Assembly (NCBI RefSeq): GCF_036321535.1
Contig: NC_087443.1
Span: forward strand, 3,038,001-3,102,000
Source: Camelus dromedarius
Lineage: Eukaryota
Direction of reading: 5' to 3'
DNA: 64,000 bases
The translations under genes and the position numbers were made by a program. The notes beneath the pieces are model-generated. The model searched no databases, was not told the origin of the DNA, and worked only from the letters and a program-made list of their open reading frames with translations. Positions 13,380-22,814 of this stretch are shown piece after piece (the stretch's first letter is position 1; the number at the start of each line of letters is the position of its first letter).

Positions 13380-14044
13380 ACTGTTTTTCCCTGACACCAA
13401 ACGTGTGGTCTTTCCAGACACCAGACAGTTCTCCGTTTCTGTGATACCAACTGGGTGTCCAACGATGCAATTCAATTCTTACTTTAACTAGTTGAAGCTA
13501 GCAAATTTAGGGATCCCAAGACCCCTGAGCAGGTTCAGTAATTCTCTAGAATGACTCACAAAATTCAATAAAACACTCTACTTACGAATATAGCTTATTA
13601 TAAAGGATAGAAACGAACACCCAGATGGAAAGGTACTTGGGGGAGATCTGAAGGGTCTGTCCACGTAGGGTCAGAGTGCACCACCCTCTTAGGATGTGAA
13701 TGTGCTCCACCCCCCCCCCCAGCCTGGAAGCTCTCCTCACGCTGTTTAGCGGTTTTTCTGAGGTCCCACTATGTGTCCTGGTAGATCACATCATCGGCCA
13801 CTGGGACCTGAGCTCACCCGCCAGCCCCCTCCCCTCCCCAGGGTGGGAGGGGCTGTAAGTTCTAACTCAGTCATCTTGGGGTTGGTTTTTTGGTACCCAG
13901 CTTCTGTCCTAAAGCTGTCTTGGGCCTCCCCGCAGGAGTCAACTCATTAGCATACAAAAGACAGTAAATTCACCAGGGTTCCAGGAGCTCCATGCCAGGG
14001 GCCTGGAGCGAGGTCCAGATATTTATGTGTTTTGCTGTCCCACG
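13380..14044 (-). mobile_element. MER21-like LTR
   Basis: Recognised motifs: gataccaactgggtgtccaac..caattcaattct, ctcattagcatacaaaagac, gggttccaggagctc. Confidence 0.6.
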
Positions 14045-14883
14045 GACGCCTCTCAGAGTTTCATTGTTTGTACACAACATTCATTCATTCTTGTATTCAG
14101 GAAAAGGCATATCTCCAGTCATGCTTAAAGATTTCAGACGTGAAGTACTTGCCAGTCTCAGCCCCCAGTCATAAAATAATGACGTGAAAACATTTTTATT
14201 TCCTAATCATCATAACTGAGGAGGGAGAGAGTTGACTTGGGCACCACGAGTGTGGGCGGGTGCTTGGCGACCCAGCTGGCCGTTCCCCCTTGAGGTGCAC
14301 GTTAGCAGCTTGCAGTGTGTCACGTCAAGGCGGGTCTGGGGAAGTGCTGCAGTGGTTATTTACATGCAGTTCTCTGCCTCCTTGTGTTGGCAACATTTGG
14401 AAGTTAGGGCTGATCCCTAGGGAGCTGAATTTTGTAAAGTTAATTACTTTCTGGCTGCCAGTAGTGATTTATGTCTGTGACATTCTATCAGCTAGTCATG
14501 GGAACAAGAAACCAAACTGCTTATGTTTGCGATTACCAGCTCCCTAGTAGGGCACTCAGGTGTCCCCAGGTAGCGCACAGTGTGACAGAGAAGTGGCTGG
14601 AACTTTCCTTCCAGTTTGAACAAAAAGGCCTTCTCAGCTCGTCTGAGGCCTCTTGGTACATATAGAAGAGGAGTCGTAAAGAGCACTTGGTATGTAGAGA
14701 ACATAATGAAAATAATGGCTTTTTAAGAAAGAGGACAGAGTGTATTTTAGGGACCCAGACTAGAGCTCACTCCCCGATTCCTGTGGTCCAAGAAGCGAAG
14801 GAGATTAGCAGACGTAGCCAACCGAATGCCTTGGCTCTTTAGTGAGAACCATCCAATAACCTTAAAAGCAGAATTTTAAATAA

Positions 14884-14932
14884 ATACACATATGTGTGCG
14901 TGTGCGTGTGCGTGTGTGTGTGCACATATATG
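14884..14932. repeat. Alternating purine-pyrimidine tract (GTGTGC)n
   Basis: 49 bp of uninterrupted RY alternation in the LYST intron after exon 50. Confidence 0.9.
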
Positions 14933-15859
14933 ACCTCAGAAGTGCCTGGGCTGGGGCTGAAGCTCACTGGCAGGCTCACTGCTCCTGGTCCTGGTCTCCC
15001 AGTGCTCACCACGGGCTGTGGCTTTTATAGTGATAAGTTGTGGAATGTATTAAAGTGTGTAAGTGTTGCCATGGATGGCTCCTGTGTTTTTTTAGAATCA
15101 TTCTGCCACTGTATCAAAACGCATGCATTTCAGCCAGGGTCCACAGCCTGGCCTTGCACTGCCAGTGGCATCATAAAGTTAACACAGTCATCTCTGGGTC
15201 AGAGCAGGGGGGTGGTTCTCTCATTTATTTTAATTTTGAGGAAGATGTACAGGAAGAATAAGGATTTTTCTCAGGAATGCCCAACTTGCTGACTTTTGAT
15301 TGATGTGCTAAATTATACATGAAGACAGTCTGGTATTGGGTAAGGGCCTTGATTTGATTTTATTTTACTAAATTTTTTTAATATTCACAATCTTAGGCAC
15401 ATGAGTAGTCACTTGGTTTTGTGGTAGACCAAGTTTCTGGGGGACCTGCTAGGGTCATTCTTTGCCTGTGAAGTTCCATACCCTGCTTCACAGAGTCCAG
15501 GGCCACACTGAGACTTTCTGCCCTGAAGGACTAAGCCATGCGGTAGCTGTGCCTTGCAGTTACCCAGCCCTGCATCGGTGTCTTTTATGGACATGTATCC
15601 AGTGACTTTAATAAGCCTTCTAAACTTTCTAGTACATATCTGGTTACTTTATATATTTTTAAAAATCTGTTATTAGATATTAAAGTCAAAAGAAAGAGTG
15701 AAATACAGTCTATTCATGTAGAAGATGAGTTTATCTGGTCTATAATTGTATTTCTTTAGCATATTGAGTCTCTGTGTCTTGATGCTTTATTTGGATAATC
15801 TCTCCTAATCAGTCTTCTACCATGGAAAGGAGACCCCTGGGCATTTTTCATCTTGGGGG

Positions 15860-16320
15860 GGGGGGGTGTAAAATGTATGTAATATAAAAACTGCCCTCTA
15901 AACCATTTAAAATTCAGTGGCATTATTACCTTCATAGTGCTGTGCAACCCTCACCACTGTCTATTTCAAAAACTTTTCATCACCCCACACAGAAACTCTG
16001 TGACCGTAAGTCCCTGTTCCTCCCTCCCCAGCGGATCCTGGTAACCTCTGTTCTGTTTTCTATCTCTGTGAATTTNNNNNNNNNNNNNNNNNNNNNNNNN
16101 NNNNNNNNNNNNNNNNNNNNNNNNNNNNNNNNNNNNNNNNNNNNNNNNNNNNNNNNNNNNNNNNNNNNNNNNNNNNNNNNNNNNNNNNNNNNNNNNNNNN
16201 NNNNNNNNNNNNNNNNNNNNNNNNNNNNNNNNNNNNNNNNNNNNNNNNNNNNNNNNNNNNNNNNNNNNNNNNNNNNNNNNNNNNNNTGGCTATTGTGAAT
16301 TAACGCTGCAACGCACCAGG
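15860..16320 (-). mobile_element. L1MB-type 3' end spanning an assembly gap
   Basis: cagtggcattattaccttcatagtgctgtgcaacc...ttttcatcaccccacacagaaactc...tggctattgtgaat. Confidence 0.75.
16076..16286. other. Assembly gap (211 N)
   Basis: Run of N. Confidence 1.
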
Positions 16321-17217
16321 CGTTTTGGTTTGTGATATTCAAAGGTCTTTAGCATGTCTTTAGATAAAGAAATCTTTGCAATATTTATTTCTTTTCTATA
16401 AAATATGAAATCTTTTCATTGCCTTAATAAAAGAGAGAAATAAGTTCTCTATTTTATGTTAGTTCTAACGGAGAGATAAATTAAGTGGAGTTAACACATT
16501 GTGTCATCCAAGCTTCATCACGCCTCTTAAGCTCTCTCTTCATCAGCATGAGAGTATTTCTCCAAAGGAGGCTGGGCACACACATCTCCGTGGGCCCCCA
16601 GACCACCAGCCCCAGTTTGCAGAGGCTGGCAAGCGCTTACTACGTCCTCCGCCCCCTGGAAAACTACAAAAGGTCTGGTCACTCGTGCTCTTTGAAAAGA
16701 AAGAATTTGTTTAATAAGACATTGATTTACAAGATTCAAACTTGGACATTCTGAAGAATTAGATTTCTCTCATTTTCTAAGAATTAGTTTTTAACTCAGC
16801 TTTTCCTGTAGCTGTCTTTTTCTCCAGAAACCCTTTAAGTCATGCATAGGTGGTTTCAGAGCGTGTTCTCTGTGGGGACTGTTTAGCTTTCCAGGTACTT
16901 TCAGCTTCAGATTTGGCAGTTCGTGTGCTGAAACACTGTGACCACAGAAGGACTCGTGGTTCATTTCCCTCGTGGCTCTGCACTGTAGGTGAATGTTTTA
17001 CTTTTATGTTTCTCACTGGGCGTCATCTCTAGACAAATATGCAAACTCTGTGTGGCTCATGATGTAGTAACACATTTACACAGTCTTCAGTCATGAGTGG
17101 TCTGTAAACTTGGTCACTCAGACAGACAAGCTGGCCTCAGGGAGGCGCCGCAGGGCCCCGCGTAGCGGGCTCTGCACCCTCCTCTCTGGTGACCCGTGGG
17201 TGACCACGGTGTTTCAG

Positions 17218-17374
17218 CTGGTGGAGGCAGTGACCTCCGACTCTGGACGGTGAACGGGGACCTCGTTGGACATGTCCACTGCAGAGAGCTCATTTGTTCT
17301 GTCGCCTTCTCCAACCAGCCTGAGGGAGTATCCATCAACGTGATTGCCGGGGGATTAGAAAATGGAATCGTGAG
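17218..17374 (+). CDS. LYST: LYST coding exon (51 equivalent), WD40 repeat
   Basis: gtttcAG acceptor and GAG|GTAAGA donor. 157 nt: [53 protein letters not shown]. Confidence 0.97.
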
Positions 17375-17784
17375 GTAAGAGGAGGCCTGACGTCTGTGCG
17401 CTTCTTGATCGTAAGGACAGGGCAGTTTCGAAGGTTCGCTTTCACTCTCTAGGCACGTTAGCATTTGATGCTTAGAGATTTAAAATCGCCTTCAGATCTA
17501 GGCTCTTCAGTTATTCCTGTTTAACTTCTAAATCATAAGGAAAGCGTTAGTGCACTTTTGAGATTTTATATTGTTTGTTAACTATAAAACAACAATATGA
17601 AAATAAACAAAGTTAAGTTGACTCACTCCCACGCCCACCCGCACACGTCCCAGAAGTAACTGTGGGTAAGTGTTCGCTGTGTTGCCTTGCAGATGCTCTG
17701 TAACACGGGAACAAACACGCAGGGCTCCTTAGTGAAGGGAATTTTAGTTTGCAGAGTCAGGTGACGCCTCTCTTCTCCCTCCAG

Positions 17785-17856
17785 GTTGTGGAGCACGTGG
17801 GACCTAAAGCCTGTGCGGGAAATTACATTTCCTAAGTCAAACAAGCCCATCGTGAG
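17785..17856 (+). CDS. LYST: LYST coding exon (52 equivalent)
   Basis: tcttctccctccAG acceptor and GAG|GTGAGT donor. 72 nt: [23 protein letters not shown](S). Confidence 0.97.
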
Positions 17857-18795
17857 GTGAGTCTCCCGGCCTCCCACCTGCATCTCGCACCCGCGACTGT
17901 TCTCGTGACGGGGACAGTAAAGTGCCAGCGGTACAGAGATGTGTGACCACATGCATTACAGGCCACCGAGCACATGCAGACACCACGATGTCCAGGCCCA
18001 GCGGCAGGAGGAGGCCCAGTTCCTGTCTTCCTGGAGCTTAAAATCCGGGTCAGGAACTCAGTGTCCAACAGAGAGCTCATAGGGACGGAGCCCCAGGAAG
18101 GCCCCACCAACTGTAGCAGCTGCTTTTTTCCTTCCTTATTGAGAGCCCCATCATGGTGACTGAGCTATGGGAGGGAGTGTGACAGGTTGATAAACAAGCA
18201 GTTCCCCTTTGCTCACAAATTTGACTTTAAAAACACAATTAGAAGTCGGTGATTCAAATTCTACCTTATTGAAATAAATTTCTTTTTAATCCACTTAATG
18301 TAAAGTTTAATGAACCTGAATTACTTACTTATTAATGTTACATTTTTACCCTTCCCTTTTTCAGGGAAATAAAGTATCTCCATAATATAATCATTATATA
18401 TTTCTAGAGAGAGAAAACGGGGCAGTGTTCTGTTTTTAAAGTGTCTGTACCCGAGTAGCTGTTGTGTAAGTCACAAGGCTGAACAGGAAGGGCGAGGAAA
18501 CATGCAGAAGGAGCAGCATGCCCTCCCCTTCTGGTCTGGGCGGCATCTGCGTCACTTGGTGAGAAGGAGCTTCACAAACAGCCAGCACAGCAATTAAACA
18601 GCATTTGAATTACAGTCAAAACCAGTGAGTTGCAGGCGGGCCTCTCTCTGTCTCCCTGCGCCAGCAAAGCTGTCTCAGCCCCCTTAGATGGTTCCAGTGT
18701 GATCACCAACCCCCTTAGATGGTTCCGGTGTGATCACCAACGTGCCAATACAATGCTGAGAGACCCGGTGTTCAAACGGGACTTTTGTTTTCCAG

Positions 18796-18934
18796 CCTTA
18801 CGTTTTCCTGTGACGGCCACCATTTGTACACGGCCAGCAGCGATGGGACAGTGATCGCCTGGTGTCGGAAGGACCAGCAGCGCCTGAAACAGCCCATGTT
18901 CTATTCCTTCCTTAGCAGCTATGCGGCTGGGTGA
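18796..18934 (+). CDS. LYST: LYST terminal coding exon (53 equivalent) with stop codon
   Basis: ttttgttttccAG acceptor. 139 nt: [48 protein letters not shown] at 18932-18934. The nine exons sum to 1263 nt with no internal stop. Confidence 0.98.
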
Positions 18935-20745
18935 GTGCGGAGGACCTCCCCTTCTGCAGAGCACTTCAACTCCAAGCCAGTTTGCCGACTTCACCGGGCC
19001 CAGAAGGTCGAACCTGAAGACATGTTTGACCAGACAGACCACCCAGATAACGATCGAGTCTGTTCATCTGCACAGAGTTCTGCAGCCTCGCAAGGTCCTC
19101 AGGGGAAAGTTTTGTTCTAGTTTAGTGATAATGTGGAGGGTCGTGTGCACTGACCAACAACGTTTAAGGTTGGCACAGTCCATTAAAATCATATTCTTAG
19201 AGTGTTTTTCCACAAGGGATTCTAAAGGAAAGATTAGTGTCTCTCTTTTTCTGTTTTCTATTAGTTCCTGTTTTCTATTTTTCCAAAAAGACCAGTAGAA
19301 TTTAAGTTGGTTAGCTAATTGTTTATATAAAATACTCTAAAAAAAGTTACATCTAAAAAATTTTCTGCCAGGATAACACACACCTCCCCCCTCAAAAAAA
19401 GGAAAGATAAAAATGAAAAATTCAGGACTTCATCATCACTTTCTTTGAGAAGTATGCAATTCATTAGGTGCCTCTGCACCAAACATTTTTTGGAATATCC
19501 AAATATCAGACTCTCAGTGTTAAGGCAGTTTTTGCCTGTTGCCTTCTTAGCTCAGAGTAGAACCAGAATTTTTGACATTCTGTTTCTTCATAAAAATCCT
19601 GCTTAAAATCCATAACACTAGATATTGACTATCCTTACTTGAGTCACTAAGATTTAAACACAGTTTACAGAGCGTCAAGCACTGAACAGTTTGCAGCAGG
19701 AGCCCTGCACAGCAGAGGACGCTAGCGCAGGCATGAGTGATGCAGGCCTGATACGGCCTGTAATCTAACGTGCAGGAGGAGTTACCGAAGAAAAGGAGAG
19801 CTTACTCTGTGCTAAACAGGAGGCAGAATAATTCTTTTAGGAAGCAGTTTCCACTCTGTTTCTGCTAACCTTTACCCCCCGAAAACCCTAGGAACGATAG
19901 AAAAGTCTGCGTGTACGCCGCAGCAAGCTTACATGCGGTAAAGACAGAATTCCTGAAAATCCTGGGTCAGCCCGTCCCTGCCGTGACACTGTGGCTGCAT
20001 CTTCCTTGGGTGCTGCTGTATCGGCTTTGAAAACACTGTCAGAGCAGCTCAGTAACGCTACCATGAGATAAAAGTGTGTGTTCCTGCCTAAGAATAGCTT
20101 GCGTGTTTGTTCTGGGAAACTGAGTTCATATGGTGTTTACAGAACTACTTTTGTAACTTCCAGACTTTCTAAAACATTCTGCTTAAAAGCTGTATAAAGT
20201 CCAATTCCAGAGCCTCTGCCGCGGAGACACACACGCGAGCAGGCGGGTGGCCGCGTGTGCGCGGGACCTCACGTTGCGAGCGGGGCGCCCGGCCGCCCGT
20301 GTCAGGCTCTGCGCAGACCCGGCGGCGGTCCGGTCCGGGCAGCTGCGGAGGCGAGGGTCTTCCTGCTCACGTTGCAGTGACTGTCTCTGTTTAAAAAAAA
20401 AAAAAAGAATTGCAGGTATTGCCTCCTTTCCCTTTTCTACTGAGAACTGTAAACTGGCCCCTTGTTAGAATAGGGTTGCTACTCGGTCTGTTTTTTTAAG
20501 GCTGAATTTCATTTATCTAAAGAGAAAATATGCACCATAACTGGTCTTGTCAAGAGTGCAAGATTATATTTTTATGTAAAAAGTTAAATTGGGGGGTTAT
20601 TTATTCAGCATGAGACTTAACGTGTGTGTCTGAAACGTGTCACGACGTGCATGCGGCAGGGAGACGCCCGCCAGTGTCACTGGCTCTGCTATCTTCGTGT
20701 GCACTGCCACTTCAAATCGGGAATAAATTTCATGAAACAGACTTA
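18935..20745 (+). other. LYST: LYST 3'UTR (end approximate)
   Basis: Follows the stop codon. First AATAAA at 20722-20727; a proximal ATTAAA at 19182-19187. The cleavage site is inferred. Confidence 0.7.
20722..20727 (+). terminator. Polyadenylation signal AATAAA (likely main LYST PAS)
   Basis: gggAATAAAtttcatgaaacag, ~1.8 kb after the stop codon. Confidence 0.7.
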
Positions 20746-22814
20746 AGGACTATTCTTAACACAAGTTAAATATTATGACCTGACCAGACCTCAAGTTGGT
20801 GGCTTTTTTAATAACTCGTACAAGTTCTATCTTTAGCTCCCCTGTAAATCTATGTTGCTAAAAAGGGTAATTTTCATTTCTTAATGGTGGGCTTCGTGAG
20901 ACATTATATATTTCAACTTTCACTACTGTCAAATGGCGTTTAGATATTAGTCCCAAGGTCAGACCACTCGCTGCTGAAAAAGGAGCATCTCTCCCTCCCC
21001 CACCCCTCCAGTGGCATCGCGTTCTGGCCCCGCCCGAGTACTGGGCACTGGGCAGCAGCGAAGGGCTGGCGGCGCCGCGGTTCTCGCGCTCCCAGGGGTC
21101 GCAGGCTGCAGAGGAGCTCGGTGTCAGCGACTTAGTGAGTGAAGTTACAAAACGTGGCTAAGTGCTGGGAACGAAGCGTGCAGGGTCCTCTGAGGGGATG
21201 TAACAGGAAGCAGGGGGTTCTGGGAAAGCCCCCAAGAAAGTCAATTTCTGTCGCGGAGATTCGACAGGTAAAGGTGGCGCAGGTGTGTTCCAGGCAGGAC
21301 ACGGCCAAGGCCTGCGGCGGGGCGTCAGGGAACCGAGACCTCAGCTCCTCTGGGGGTCTTGCCAACGGTGAGTGAGTCCACCCAGCAGCACTCCAGGAAC
21401 CCGGGCCTAGTCTTGTTTCTGCTTTGGACCTGCAGCATTAAGGATGCTCGAGATGGAGCACACCTGCTTCTGGGTGTCTGTCCCCGAAAGAGCTCGGAAG
21501 CAGCATCTACCAGCGTGAGCTGCCGGCCCAGCTGTCCCAGGCTGACCCCTCCGGTGGACGGCCGGTTCCACCCACGCCCGCGCCGGGGCGCGGCGGGGAG
21601 GGGGTTCCTCCAGCTCTTAGAGCCGCTCCTGGGCTTCTGCTTCTCGCCCTTGTGGATGACCTGTTCATGTTCTGAATCAGACAGAAGAGCTCCAAGGTGC
21701 TCCGGTTCCAGACGGTGGCACGGGAGGGCCCTGCGCACACCCCTCCGCCCCCCGTACGGACACACGGCGTCTGCAGCTACAGCAGAACAGTTCCCTCGGA
21801 GAGGAACCCCCAGACCAGCTCAGCGACTCCCAGAATCTGGGCATAGGAGACACACTCACCATCAGCCCCACTCCCAGCACGGCGGCCCACAACTGGGGAC
21901 GGGCACACAGCCCCCAGCTTCTCCCTGCCGAGCAGGTGGTTTGAACCCCACATCGGGCACCCCGACTTTTACAACCTCCGTCTGAGAGATGAACCCCCCA
22001 AACATCCAGCTTTAAAAGCCAGCGCGTGCGCGAGACCCACAAGCTGTAGCAGATTGGGAAACGGATCTTAAAGGTTCTGGACTCCGAGCTAAGGTCCCAG
22101 GCCCAGCATGTGCCCAGTCCTCCTGGGAAGAGGCCTGTTGCTTATCTCAGGAGCTGCAGGCTGAGGGGCCCCTGCGCTGCTCTCCGAGATGGAAGGCGGC
22201 CGCACCGTCTCTGCCCACCCTGCCTTTCCCCGGAAACCGGGTTGTGCACGTTCGGGTTTTTGTGGCTCCCCCCAGGGGTACCCCCCATCACCTGGTTCTG
22301 GGGGCCCTCAGGCTTGCATGCCCGGGTCCCTCGGGCAGCGGACAAACCCCCAGACTTTCCATGAAAGAGGCCAACTGCGGTCCTCTCTGGAGTCTGGAGG
22401 GCCCATGGGTGTCACGTCTCTCCCTTGCCTGGTGTCTCAGAGAAGGGACCTGTGAGCCTCTCCAGCACCCCCGCCCTTGGGTCTGCCGCCCAGAGGACAT
22501 GTTCCTTGAAGCCTGGCTCTGGTGGCTGCCTTGTGTTCACAGACTCATTGGGACAGTAGCAAAGAAACACTTTCTAACTGACTAACACCCCGGGGCTCAG
22601 AGCAGAGGGACCAGACAGAAACTCCCGTCTCCCAGGCTCCCCTGAAAGGGGTACGTTCGTGAACTTTAAAAGCTGCTGCCTGGGGGTCCAGCTTCCAGTC
22701 AGCCTGCATCTCGGTGCTGATGGAGACCCTCCCTTCGGAACACCCCCACTACCCGGGCCTCGGAGAAGAAAGCAGGCTGCTTGCACAGAAGGAGGTTTGA
22801 GAGCCAAGTCCCCC

